Virus record (IMG/VR): IMGVR_UViG_3300022699_000217
Coordinates: 20,697-84,696 of that record
DNA from: a virus
Strand: one strand, 5' to 3'
Length of the DNA: 64,000 bases
Part shown: positions 46,262 through 55,266 of the stretch, one piece after another
How positions within the stretch are numbered: the stretch's first letter is position 1
How the letters are laid out: each line of letters begins with the position of its first letter
Notes under the pieces: model-generated
What the model was told of the DNA's origin: nothing
What the model saw: only the letters and a program-made list of their open reading frames with translations
Databases searched by the model: none
Position numbers and translations under genes: made by a program

Positions 46262-46789
46262 ATGCAAGCGATTAGCGTTCGGCCCCAGTGGGCCTATGCG
46301 ATGCTATATCTCGGCAAGAGAGTTGAGAACAGAGACTTTGCACCGGAGGCGCTTCTTGGGCGCCGCATCGCCTTTCACGCTGGCAAAAAGATCGGCGACA
46401 CAACGTCACTCCCGTCGACCGCCCGAGGGCTTCGCGAGCTTGCCGTCGACATGGTAGGCGCCAATTTCCTTGCCGCGCCAGTTTGGTTGAAGGGTGAGGA
46501 GCCGTTCCTCGCTTGGCAGCCGCTCGGTGCAAACGATCTAAAATCCTCCCGCATCTTGCGCGCGGACGATTGCCCAACGAGCTGCATCTTTGCGACGGCG
46601 ATCATCGGCGAGCTTGTGCCGCCCGTGCCGGATGCTGACACCCCGCCGTGGTCTCGAAAGGGAAAACACTGGTGGATCTTGGATGACTTCCAGGCGTTGC
46701 CGGAACCCATACCGTGCTCGGGCCAGCGGGGTGTTTGGACCGTGCAAGAGGAAATGGCGAAGGAAATAGAGCGACAGAGGGGTGCCTGA
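46262..46789 (+). CDS. ASCH-domain protein
   Basis: AISVRPQWAYAMLYLGKRVENR...RIAFHAG...PIPCSGQRGVW. Confidence 0.85.
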   Translation: MQAISVRPQWAYAMLYLGKRVENRDFAPEALLGRRIAFHAGKKIGDTTSLPSTARGLRELAVDMVGANFLAAPVWLKGEEPFLAWQPLGANDLKSSRILRADDCPTSCIFATAIIGELVPPVPDADTPPWSRKGKHWWILDDFQALPEPIPCSGQRGVWTVQEEMAKEIERQRGA

Positions 46790-47283
46790 TGAACAAGAAA
46801 ACAATCAAACAGGCAGAGCGAGAGGCGGTCGGGAGCGTGCTCGATGCCATCACAAACCGCGCAATCGAAGGGTCTGAGGAGACCTGCCCGATTTGCAACC
46901 GGCTGATCCGAGTGTACAAGAGGCGGCTTCATGCGACGATGGCCCTGTTCATGGTGGAGCTGTACAAAGCGCATGAGATGGGGCTGTCGTGGGTCAGCGT
47001 GCACGACCTGCCAAGCTACGGCTCGGGGCGACAGCGGGGCGACTACGCCTATTTGCAGCATTGGGATTTGATTGAGAACATGCCCAACGATGACACGAAC
47101 AAACGTTCGTCGGGACACTGGCGATTGACCGAGATGGGCAAGGCGTTTGTCGAGCGGAAGCTCTGGGTTCACTCGCACTGCATCATCCTTAACGGGGAGC
47201 TTCTTGGACTGAACGGGCCGTACATCTGGATCGATGACGCCCTGGGGAAATGCTTTAACTACCGCGAGCTGATGGACGCGTAA
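46789..47283 (+). CDS. hypothetical protein (winged-helix-like with zinc ribbon)
   Basis: CPICNRLIRVYKRRL...DYAYLQHWDLIE...GHWRLTEMGKAFV. Confidence 0.65.
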   Translation: MNKKTIKQAEREAVGSVLDAITNRAIEGSEETCPICNRLIRVYKRRLHATMALFMVELYKAHEMGLSWVSVHDLPSYGSGRQRGDYAYLQHWDLIENMPNDDTNKRSSGHWRLTEMGKAFVERKLWVHSHCIILNGELLGLNGPYIWIDDALGKCFNYRELMDA

Positions 47284-47293
47284 AGGAGGGGAC

Positions 47294-47605
47294 ATGGACT
47301 GCCAAACAATCTGCGTAAAATGCGAGCGCAGGATGGTACCCATCACCATCGGTGAGCGGGTGAAAATCGGAGAGCGCATGTTCAAGGGCGGCGATTTGCT
47401 GCGCTGTCCCGAGTGCGGGCTGGAAGTCATCCACGTGGACAAGGAGACGGCCCCGTATCGCACGGAGGAGGTGTGTGCGGGCCATCTTGTGGAGTGTCGG
47501 GAGATCGCCGAAACGCTGCCGTGTCGCTATTGCGGCGGCTCGCGCCGAGTGTATGACGAGGAGGTTGGCGTGATTCGATGCCCAATGTGCAGAGGAGAAA
47601 AATGA
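47294..47605 (+). CDS. small multi-CxxC zinc-finger protein
   Basis: SD AAAGGAGG; four CxxC pairs. Confidence 0.65.
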   Translation: MDCQTICVKCERRMVPITIGERVKIGERMFKGGDLLRCPECGLEVIHVDKETAPYRTEEVCAGHLVECREIAETLPCRYCGGSRRVYDEEVGVIRCPMCRGEK

Positions 47606-47901
47606 GACGCCGACAAGATGAATACATCGACGGAATGCCGAATGCGAATGCGAGCATGGGGGAGCGGCTGGAGCACATCTACGAAGTGTTGAGCCGCGTG
47701 GAGGAGGTCGCGGAGCGCTTGCATGACAAGCACCTGCGAGGCTGGGCAATCGGCGAGGACTTCATCGATGAGACGCTTTCAGATCTGCGTGTCGCTATCG
47801 CGAAGCGGAAAACACGGGTCGGCGTCATCATCGGTAGAGAGCAAGCCATTCAACCCGTCACGCTGCGAACGAGCAACCTGGCGGACGCGGAGGGATTCTG
47901 A
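47602..47901 (+). CDS. hypothetical protein
   Basis: SD GAGGAG; ATGA coupling. Confidence 0.6.
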   Translation: MRRRQDEYIDGMPNANASMGERLEHIYEVLSRVEEVAERLHDKHLRGWAIGEDFIDETLSDLRVAIAKRKTRVGVIIGREQAIQPVTLRTSNLADAEGF

Positions 47902-48836
47902 TGACGGAGACAAGACAACGCGGTTGGATGATTCCGTACCTCATCGAAGGCGACGAGGTCTTCGGATCCGGTCGGCTAACCTGGTGGATGCGGGTGGAGC
48001 TCGAGGGACGGTTGCCCGATGAACCCATCCCGCAGATTGCATTTCGAAACGCGCATTGTACCGAGGTCGCCGACCGATACTACCTTCGCTCCTTGAGCGA
48101 TCACCTGGTCGCGAAGAAAGCGGGGGACGACCGGCGCAGCTATGCGCTGAGCGCCTATGGGGCGCTGAGTCACATGCGAGATCTCCTCGGACGGCTGGGC
48201 GGAGGGTGGTCAGCCCTCGCGTACATCGTCCGGTGGATTGCGTGGGGCCTCGGCGTGGGGTGCAACCGAGATCAAGTCCCGCACGAACCCGAGGGTGGCT
48301 GGGACGATCTGCTGCATCGATATTTCGAGCTTGGGCGGTTCCAAGCTGCGGACTGCGACATCTTCGGCGGCGTCATCGTGGACAACCTGGGGCACGGGCG
48401 CTGGGGCAACGCGAACGCCTTTTACCCGACGCCGCAGGAGGTGTGCCGCACGATGGCGCTGATGACCATCGATGGGAGTTCCAAGGTCGAGGGCGACCAA
48501 CGGCTGGCTTCGGTAACCGATCCATGCGTCGGCACCGGCCGCATGTTGCTGGAGGCGTCGAACTACTCGGTCCATCTGTACGGCTGCGACATCGACAGCA
48601 TGATGGTGGACTGTACGGCGATCAACATGGCGCTGTTCGCCCCGTGGGGGGCCTACCGCACGGAACGGCAGGCGCAGGTTTTGAGCGAGGTGCCCCGGAG
48701 AACGGAGGAGGTCGTCGCAGAGGCGGCGCGAATCCGAGAGCGGTCCGGGTTTTCGCCGGTGAAGAATCCGGCCACCTTCGATCAACACGGACAGGGGATG
48801 CTTTTCAGCTTCCCGGAGGGATGTGATGCCGACTGA
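47901..48836 (+). CDS. N-6 DNA methylase-like protein (SAM-binding motif I present, NPPY motif absent)
   Basis: FYPTPQEVCRTMA; VTDPCVGTGRMLLEA; LYGCDID...AINM; ends without an (N/D)PP(Y/F). Confidence 0.7.
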   Translation: MTETRQRGWMIPYLIEGDEVFGSGRLTWWMRVELEGRLPDEPIPQIAFRNAHCTEVADRYYLRSLSDHLVAKKAGDDRRSYALSAYGALSHMRDLLGRLGGGWSALAYIVRWIAWGLGVGCNRDQVPHEPEGGWDDLLHRYFELGRFQAADCDIFGGVIVDNLGHGRWGNANAFYPTPQEVCRTMALMTIDGSSKVEGDQRLASVTDPCVGTGRMLLEASNYSVHLYGCDIDSMMVDCTAINMALFAPWGAYRTERQAQVLSEVPRRTEEVVAEAARIRERSGFSPVKNPATFDQHGQGMLFSFPEGCDAD

Positions 48837-49254
48837 TTTTGAAAAGGGACAAATGGTCCAGTCGCCGATGCTTCATTTCGAAGAGGTCGAGCCGCTGGGG
48901 TACGGCATTCGGTTGCTCTGTGCGCCGGAGCACCCGCTGAAGCCGGAGATCGAAATCACCGGCCCGGTCACGCTGGATCTCATGCTCGACCAAAAGAAGG
49001 ATGAAGCGATCATCCACATAGAGGCGACCTGCGGCAGAATCGCCGTTGTCAAGGTGCCATACCGCACGGACTTGGAACCGTGTTCGGCGTGCAACGGCGA
49101 GGGCAAACGCGATGGAAAGATGTGCCTGTGGTGCGCTGGGCACGGCGAGTCGGTGCTTGACGAGGCCAAGCAAATCGCCGCCGCGATTTATTGGTCGTGG
49201 ATTCGATCCGCTGGCGAGAACGGCGGCTATGTCGAGGAGGAGGATTCGGAATGA
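48823..49254 (+). CDS. hypothetical protein with DnaJ-type zinc finger
   Basis: CSACNGEG...CLWCAGHG. Confidence 0.6.
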   Translation: MMPTDFEKGQMVQSPMLHFEEVEPLGYGIRLLCAPEHPLKPEIEITGPVTLDLMLDQKKDEAIIHIEATCGRIAVVKVPYRTDLEPCSACNGEGKRDGKMCLWCAGHGESVLDEAKQIAAAIYWSWIRSAGENGGYVEEEDSE

Positions 49255-49760
49255 CATGCACAAACGACAAGTGCCACCGATGCGGCAAACGGATTCCAAA
49301 GAAGCAGCGAGAAAACTACGTGGACGGATACCCGTTCGGTATGCACGAAGATTGCGAAACGATTACTCGCTTGCAATCGGAGCTGAGCAAGAAACGGGAA
49401 ACATTAGCCAGTGAGCAAAGAAGGTGCAGAATTGCAGCGCAAACCTTGATCGATGAGATTGGTGCTGACGGCCCGATGACCGTTCAGCAAGCTGCGGAGA
49501 AGGCGGTTTCGATCATCAAGGACCTGCGCCAGCCAGAGAAAACGAGCGAAGAGGAGGAACAACCGAAGATCTGGTATTTCACGTTCGGCGTCGGGCACGA
49601 GCACGCCGGGCGCTATGTTGCCTTGGTCGGCACGCTCAATGAAACGCGAGACGAGATGTTCAAGCGGTACGGGAAAAAATGGGCGTTCCAGTATCCGAGC
49701 CCAGAAAAGGCCGGCGTTTATAGATGGGGGCTCAAGCCGCTGGAGTACGACGGTAAGTAA
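49251..49760 (+). CDS. hypothetical two-domain protein
   Basis: N-terminal CHRCG..MHEDC; C-terminal WYFTFGVGH...MFKRYGKKWAFQY phage domain. Confidence 0.65.
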   Translation: MTCTNDKCHRCGKRIPKKQRENYVDGYPFGMHEDCETITRLQSELSKKRETLASEQRRCRIAAQTLIDEIGADGPMTVQQAAEKAVSIIKDLRQPEKTSEEEEQPKIWYFTFGVGHEHAGRYVALVGTLNETRDEMFKRYGKKWAFQYPSPEKAGVYRWGLKPLEYDGK

Positions 49761-49778
49761 TTCCAGGAAGGGGGCGTT

Positions 49779-50075
49779 ATGGGAGTAAGAACAGAAACAG
49801 CGATGCGATGGTTGGGCGATGTGTGTGGCACGTTGATGGAACGGCGAACGGAGCTTGGAGATCGGGGCACGCTCAACGTGCTCCTTATCGCCCAGGCTGC
49901 GGCGCAACTATGGGACGCTGGGGAACCGATAACCACGCATGGTATCGCCCATCGGTTATCCTGGTGCGGTTGGGCTTCGTGCATGACCATCGACGAGTAC
50001 GTCGACGATTTGCGCAGGCACATGGGGGGCGTTCTACTCGACGAAACACCGAACATGGAGAAAGAACTGACATGA
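49779..50075 (+). CDS. hypothetical protein
   Basis: SD AAGGGGG; coupled to the next gene. Confidence 0.55.
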   Translation: MGVRTETAMRWLGDVCGTLMERRTELGDRGTLNVLLIAQAAAQLWDAGEPITTHGIAHRLSWCGWASCMTIDEYVDDLRRHMGGVLLDETPNMEKELT

Positions 50076-50545
50076 AAAAAAACGTGGAAGAAAAAATCGA
50101 GCTGGAACGGAAAACGATAGGCGCGATGGCCGACACCCTCGGGGGTATGATCATGGTGCATTATTACCGTCTGGACAAAGGCGAGGGCTTGACCGAGTCA
50201 CAAGAGGAAACGATTCGAACATCAAAGGCCGCTCAGGGCATCGCAACGATGATCAAGCAGATGACCGAGACAGCTTGCGGGAGTTTGTCGATGATCGTCG
50301 AGGACCCGGATGGCGGTGAGCGAGTGGTCGGCCACCGCTTCGGCTACGACCCGGACCCGGAAAACTACTCGCTGATCCTCAGCCAGTCCGCGTTGATTGC
50401 CCATCAATTTTTGTTGAACGACCTTGGATACGGGGAAAACCGAAATGGGTGTGAGTGCAAATCTTGCGGCTGTTGTGAAGACGGCGAGGACGAGCCAGCC
50501 GAAGGCGTGACGCACCTCTTCGATACCAAAAAGGTGGATGCGTAG
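50072..50545 (+). CDS. hypothetical protein
   Basis: ATGA coupling; C-terminal CECKSCGCC. Confidence 0.6.
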   Translation: MKKNVEEKIELERKTIGAMADTLGGMIMVHYYRLDKGEGLTESQEETIRTSKAAQGIATMIKQMTETACGSLSMIVEDPDGGERVVGHRFGYDPDPENYSLILSQSALIAHQFLLNDLGYGENRNGCECKSCGCCEDGEDEPAEGVTHLFDTKKVDA

Positions 50546-50856
50546 TGTTGCCGCAGCATATCCCGTGCCCGAATTGCGAGGCGGCAACGCGCGTCATCGT
50601 GCGGACGGCAGCGGGCGGGAAGATCTACTACATCGGCGCCAAGTGCCATGCGTGCGGGGCCTACGTGCAAGCGGCAGCGCATTCGCACGAGGACGAGGAG
50701 CAGGCGCAGCAGAACGGACTGCGCGAGCTGCGGCGAATGTGGAAGTATGCAAAGGAAGAGATCGACGATCTAAAAAAACAAAACCCGCGTGATAAAGCAG
50801 CGAAGATCGCCAAGCGGTATTGCGAAAGCCGCGAGATCAAAAGGAGAGAGCAGTGA
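50545..50856 (+). CDS. second Lar-like zinc-ribbon protein
   Basis: PCPNCEA...KCHACGA....EEQAQ...LRRMW; start uncertain. Confidence 0.45.
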   Translation: MLPQHIPCPNCEAATRVIVRTAAGGKIYYIGAKCHACGAYVQAAAHSHEDEEQAQQNGLRELRRMWKYAKEEIDDLKKQNPRDKAAKIAKRYCESREIKRREQ

Positions 50857-51437
50857 GCAGGAACACACTAAACACGACGGAGACGAGACGGGAAGACTGG
50901 GAAACGCCCAAGTGGCTGTTCCATTTTCTGAACGAGGTCGCTGGTTTCAATTTCGCGATAGATCTCGCGGCTGGCGAGAAGAATTCTTTGTGCAAAAAAT
51001 GGATTTGCACGTCACGAAATTTGTTGTCCATGACCAGGGAACAATTGGTCCAGTTTGCGTCAGAGGCAGGAGTAGACATCAAAAACAGGTGGAGTTGGTG
51101 TAACCCGCCCTATGGCAAGAACGGTCTTTCAAAGTGGACGAGCACGTTGACAAAGAACGTGCCGAACGTAGTGGCTCTTGTACCTGCGAGCGTCGGCACC
51201 AAGTGGTTTCGGCCGCTATGGGGCACGGCCTCTGCTGTCGTGCTTATCGGCAAGCGGTTGAAGTTCGGCAACTCCCAGCACGGTGCGCAGTTTGATTCGG
51301 CGCTGTACGTCCGGGGGGACATCCTAACGCTCGCGCAGATGGAGCAACTCCGCGTCCTTGGCGTCGTCATAAAGGCCAATGGCGTCAGCCCATGGCGCGG
51401 GGAAACCTGTTGGGCTAACGCTCAAAATATGCGCTAG
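50853..51437 (+). CDS. phage DNA N6-adenine methyltransferase (T1 Dam-like family)
   Basis: DWETPKWLF..L...F.IDLAA...N; WCNPPYG; VALVPASVGTKWF; RLKFG. Confidence 0.9.
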   Translation: MSRNTLNTTETRREDWETPKWLFHFLNEVAGFNFAIDLAAGEKNSLCKKWICTSRNLLSMTREQLVQFASEAGVDIKNRWSWCNPPYGKNGLSKWTSTLTKNVPNVVALVPASVGTKWFRPLWGTASAVVLIGKRLKFGNSQHGAQFDSALYVRGDILTLAQMEQLRVLGVVIKANGVSPWRGETCWANAQNMR

Positions 51438-51450
51438 TGTTTAACTAATC

Positions 51451-51479
51451 TTGAAGCGAGATAGTTTATCAACTATCAT
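51451..51479 (+). promoter_or_regulatory. sigma70-like promoter with a palindromic operator in the spacer
   Basis: TTGAAG-N17-TATCAT; GATAGTT-tatc-AACTATC inverted repeat at 51460-51477. Confidence 0.6.
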
Positions 51480-51500
51480 GCCATTCATGGAGACAACGAC

Positions 51501-51701
51501 ATGAGCAGGACTAGGGTCAAGAAACCGAAGCCAAACAAGCGGAAGCTGGCCCGGATGCAGCGGGAAGCCTACGCGGAGCAACTTCGACGGCGACAAGCCA
51601 TGATGCAAATAATGGACCGAGCATCACAGGAACACCCGGCATCCAACAAGCCAGAACAAAACGAGAATGCCGATACAACCGGAGCTGATCATAGGGATTG
51701 A
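51501..51701 (+). CDS. small basic protein
   Basis: SD GGAG; Arg/Lys-rich. Confidence 0.55.
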   Translation: MSRTRVKKPKPNKRKLARMQREAYAEQLRRRQAMMQIMDRASQEHPASNKPEQNENADTTGADHRD

Positions 51702-52164
51702 CCCAGGGCAAACCTCGGGTGTCGCTGTTGTAACCGTTGAGCGGCACCCGAGATTGCTGTATGCAAAGGGCATCACGATGGTGCTGAAAAAGATCGACAT
51801 CTCTGTAACCGGCGTTATTCGTTCGCTCGTCGAGAAGCTGGATGGGCGCATCGTGCGTGCCGTTATCGAGCACCAATACGTCGGGCAAAACATGCGGACG
51901 GCGATCACTCTTGCACAGCGTGCCGGGCGGTGGATCGAAGCGTGCTTATCCGTCGGGATCGACATAGAGCGGATTGATGCATCGTCCTGGCAATCGCGCG
52001 AATTGCCCGGCCTGCGGAAGCGGGAGCTTCTCAAGAGGGCCTCTGTTCAACGATCCAAAGGCATCTGGCACGTAAACTTGGGGCCGGACGAATCCGATGC
52101 GGCATTGATGGCGCGATACCGGGCGGTGCAGCTTGCGACGAACGGACGCCTTGGCGCTAATTGA
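51667..52164 (+). CDS. RuvC-like Holliday junction resolvase
   Basis: IIGIDPGQTSGVAVV; AVIEHQY; DESDAALMA acidic catalytic set. Confidence 0.85.
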   Translation: MPIQPELIIGIDPGQTSGVAVVTVERHPRLLYAKGITMVLKKIDISVTGVIRSLVEKLDGRIVRAVIEHQYVGQNMRTAITLAQRAGRWIEACLSVGIDIERIDASSWQSRELPGLRKRELLKRASVQRSKGIWHVNLGPDESDAALMARYRAVQLATNGRLGAN

Positions 52165-52555
52165 GGAGCTGACCTCTCACCAGTTATGCCGCCTCGCGGT
52201 ATGCGCAAGGATAAATGCGCGAATTGCCGAGGCGTTCTGCGTGTTGGACATCGTGGACGCCTTGGAGATGGAGCCAACACAAATCGGACGGTTCCTGCGA
52301 GCGATGAGCCTGCGGGGGTACGTTCGGCGCGTGAACCCGCCGCGCAACTGTGCCCAGCCGCGAGCGGCCTACTACACGATGACCAAGCGCTGGGCCTTGG
52401 TGCGAGCGCTTCTGCGACTTCAGGGGAAAGAGCCCGGGCGGTGCTGCGTCTGTGGCGATGAGAACACGGTGCCGTATCTATGGCGCCAACGATTTTTTTG
52501 TCGACAATGCCTGATGACGGCAAACCGAACAGATTACCCCATGCGACGGGGGTGA
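52133..52555 (+). CDS. winged-HTH + zinc-finger protein
   Basis: DIVDALEMEPTQIGRFLRAMSLRGYV; CCVCG...FCRQC; start uncertain. Confidence 0.55.
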   Translation: MRRTDALALIEELTSHQLCRLAVCARINARIAEAFCVLDIVDALEMEPTQIGRFLRAMSLRGYVRRVNPPRNCAQPRAAYYTMTKRWALVRALLRLQGKEPGRCCVCGDENTVPYLWRQRFFCRQCLMTANRTDYPMRRG

Positions 52556-52564
52556 GGAGATACC

Positions 52565-52930
52565 ATGAGCGACAACAAGAAACCAACGATCGAAGAACGA
52601 GTCAAAAATATGCCTCAGTGGTTACAATCTTGGTACGCAATCACGTTAGAGATTATCGAGGTTGGGCTGGCGAAGACAGTCGTCGACCCAGAACATCGAA
52701 AATCGATAGCTGAAGCGCTCTCCTTCTCGCTTGCGACAAGGGAATATAAGCAGAGGCAGATCAACCGGAAGGTGTATGCCGATGCGATGGAAACCATCAT
52801 GAGCGCGTCCGACGTGTTCGAGCTAAACGTCGGGCACACCCCGCAGATGCGGCTGCGAGTGCAACCGGCCGATGGAAACGGCGTGGTCAACATCGCTTTG
52901 GAGCCTGCGGACGGCGACAGCCACTTGTGA
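52565..52930 (+). CDS. hypothetical protein
   Basis: SD GAGGAG. Confidence 0.65.
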   Translation: MSDNKKPTIEERVKNMPQWLQSWYAITLEIIEVGLAKTVVDPEHRKSIAEALSFSLATREYKQRQINRKVYADAMETIMSASDVFELNVGHTPQMRLRVQPADGNGVVNIALEPADGDSHL

Positions 52931-52961
52931 TCCAACCAACGGGAAGATGAGGGCAATAATC

Positions 52962-53603
52962 ATGGAAATCGTTTCATACATTAAAGACTCGATGGCAGTG
53001 GAGAACAAGGATTACGACGGTGTTCGGATGCGGTTGCAGGATGATCAATACGTCCGCCTATTGCACGCCACGCTCGGCCTCGGCAGCGAGCTTGGGGAGT
53101 TGCTCGAAATCACCGACGGCGACGAGCTGAAGATCGCCGAGGAGCTTGGGGATATTCTGTGGTTCTCCGTGCTCGCGGCCGACGCGCTTGACAAATTGCA
53201 CGCTGGAAGCTTAGCGCCGAAATACTCCTCGCCACCGATGGCATGGCAGATCATCAACGCGATGAAGACGGACTGCGATGCCGCAAACCCGCTCGTGCTG
53301 ATGAGCATGAAGGTCGAGCAGGTGCAGACGGCGGTGAAGGGGTATTTGTTCTACGGCAAAGCGTTCGTGTTCAAAGATCTGGGCGCCTGCATCGCCGACA
53401 TCACCAGGGCTGCCGCGAATGTCGGACGATCGGCAGGGTTCACGCATGAGGAAATCATGGGGTTGAACCGTGAAAAGCTGCGCGGCAAAGCAGGACGGTA
53501 CAAGGATGGCAGGTTTACCGCCGTGGCGGCCATCCACCGGGATGTCGATGCGGAGATGGCAAGCATGGCCCGGCGGAAGGGGGGGGACGACAATGGGGAC
53601 TAA
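52962..53603 (+). CDS. MazG-like nucleotide pyrophosphohydrolase
   Basis: LLHATLGLGSELGELLE...EELGDILWF; NREKL..RY..GRF. Confidence 0.82.
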   Translation: MEIVSYIKDSMAVENKDYDGVRMRLQDDQYVRLLHATLGLGSELGELLEITDGDELKIAEELGDILWFSVLAADALDKLHAGSLAPKYSSPPMAWQIINAMKTDCDAANPLVLMSMKVEQVQTAVKGYLFYGKAFVFKDLGACIADITRAAANVGRSAGFTHEEIMGLNREKLRGKAGRYKDGRFTAVAAIHRDVDAEMASMARRKGGDDNGD

Positions 53604-54270
53604 GAACCAAGCGACCGCCAGGCTCCTGCACAACACCCCGATCTGGGTTGTCGCACGAGCGGCGCGGACGTGCACCGATACCGTGAGCAAGATGGATTCA
53701 TCCCACTTTGGGGACCGCCTCGGCCCGCAGGACAGGGCGCTGATTAGCAAGCGCATCCTACGCCAAGGACAGCCCCATGATCCGCTCAATCCGGCTCATG
53801 AATCCGTGCTCGAGCACATCGTTTATACCTTCGAGCTGGAGTTCTCCCGAGCCGTCCTGCAGGAGCTGGCGCGGCACCGGCTCGCTTCGCCGACCGTGCA
53901 AAGCACCCGGTGGGCGCTGAAGCGGCTCGTCGATAAAATCGATGATGACGATCTTGACAGCTTTTTGACCCAAACCGGAGACGAGGAGATCGACGCCGCG
54001 GCCATCGAGCAGCTCAAGCTCCTGCTGGCGCAAGTGCGAAAGGGCAAGCCCAACGACCGCACGAAGTATCTGGTCGGGGAAGCCTTTCGCAGCAAGGCCA
54101 TCCTGACCATCAACGCGCGGAGCTTGCGCAACCTGTTTGTGCTGCGCACCTCGGCGCGTGCTTTGTGGGAGATCCGCCAGCTTGCGTTCGCAATGGCTGA
54201 GGCGCTCCCGGAAGAGCACCGATTCATGTTCGAAGATCGCATCCACAAGACATCAGAAATCCGACCATAG
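53593..54270 (+). CDS. thyX: FAD-dependent thymidylate synthase
   Basis: HESVLEH..YTF...SRAVLQELARHRLASPTVQSTR (RHRxxSxxxxSxR); INARSLRNLFVLR..RALWEIR.LA. Confidence 0.95.
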   Translation: MGTKNQATARLLHNTPIWVVARAARTCTDTVSKMDSSHFGDRLGPQDRALISKRILRQGQPHDPLNPAHESVLEHIVYTFELEFSRAVLQELARHRLASPTVQSTRWALKRLVDKIDDDDLDSFLTQTGDEEIDAAAIEQLKLLLAQVRKGKPNDRTKYLVGEAFRSKAILTINARSLRNLFVLRTSARALWEIRQLAFAMAEALPEEHRFMFEDRIHKTSEIRP

Positions 54271-54293
54271 ATTTGCATGAAACAGGAGGGAAT

Positions 54294-54575
54294 ATGTCAG
54301 ATCCCAACATGAATGCTGGGAGCATTGCACAGTGCCCCTATTGTGGGCACAAGGACTCGCAACACCGAAACAAGGTCGGCGAAGCCGCGGTGATGGTATG
54401 CACGGATTGTGGGCGGCTTTGGATGGCCTCGGTCATCGGGTCCGTCTATCGCGGCGAGATCGGCCACGGATACGTTCAGCTAATCTGGGAAAACAGGGGA
54501 ATGCGCGTGGACGCTGAGGGGCGTCTCCGCGTGGAGCGCTTGCCGAGCGAGATAGGGGAGGACGACGATGAATGA
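54294..54575 (+). CDS. small zinc-ribbon protein
   Basis: CPYCG...CTDCG; SD CAGGAGG. Confidence 0.6.
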   Translation: MSDPNMNAGSIAQCPYCGHKDSQHRNKVGEAAVMVCTDCGRLWMASVIGSVYRGEIGHGYVQLIWENRGMRVDAEGRLRVERLPSEIGEDDDE

Positions 54576-55266
54576 TGCAGCGATGAAACAATGGCAGCTC
54601 AGGGTTCGGGAGCTGTCGGAACGGATTATGAAGTTCGAGCAGGATTATTGCGCGGTCGCAACGGAGTTCCGCGTACAGCTCCCCGAGCCGGGCACGGACG
54701 CGGCGCGGCTGATGATCGATGCGCGGAACGCGCGCCGCCGATGCGCGGAGCTGGAGACCGAGAACCTGAAGCTGCTCGCGGAGATCGACGAGTGGAAGGA
54801 AGCCAGCGGACTGGAGTGCGGTGGCGACCCGGACGGCGTTACCCCCAAGCAGGCGCGTGACCATTGGGAGAACGTCGAGCGCATCGCACAGCAACGGGAC
54901 GACGCGGTGAACAGCTACATCAACTGCCGCCAGGACCTCGACTGTTGCAAGGAGCTGCTTGTGAGAAAGGACAAGCGGTTTGCGCCCTTCTCGTTCCCAT
55001 GGCTGGCCGAAGGCGAGGTCGCGACGGTGGCTGACATCGTCAGCGCGTACCTCCAGGCGTTTGACTTCGACGGGCTTTATAACGATGACTGCGGGTGCTC
55101 GCTGGATGATCTGGCGCCGTGCGGGGCGATCTGCGACACGTGCTCGCCGGGCAAGCAGGTCAAGGCGCCGCCCTCCACGGGATGGGATTATCTCATCGTG
55201 CCGGCCAGCGAGGTCGCGCGGTACGAGGCGGGAGAGGAGAAGGGCGATGCGGAAGAGCAAGATTGA
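54568..55266 (+). CDS. coiled-coil hypothetical protein with Cys-rich C-terminus
   Basis: FDGLYNDDCGCSLDDLAPCGAICDTCSPG. Confidence 0.65.
   Translation: MNDAAMKQWQLRVRELSERIMKFEQDYCAVATEFRVQLPEPGTDAARLMIDARNARRRCAELETENLKLLAEIDEWKEASGLECGGDPDGVTPKQARDHWENVERIAQQRDDAVNSYINCRQDLDCCKELLVRKDKRFAPFSFPWLAEGEVATVADIVSAYLQAFDFDGLYNDDCGCSLDDLAPCGAICDTCSPGKQVKAPPSTGWDYLIVPASEVARYEAGEEKGDAEEQD

Noticed and set aside
47901-51437. A complete restriction-modification system
   Set aside because: No HsdR/HsdS or cognate endonuclease is adjacent; the MTase-like genes are orphans.
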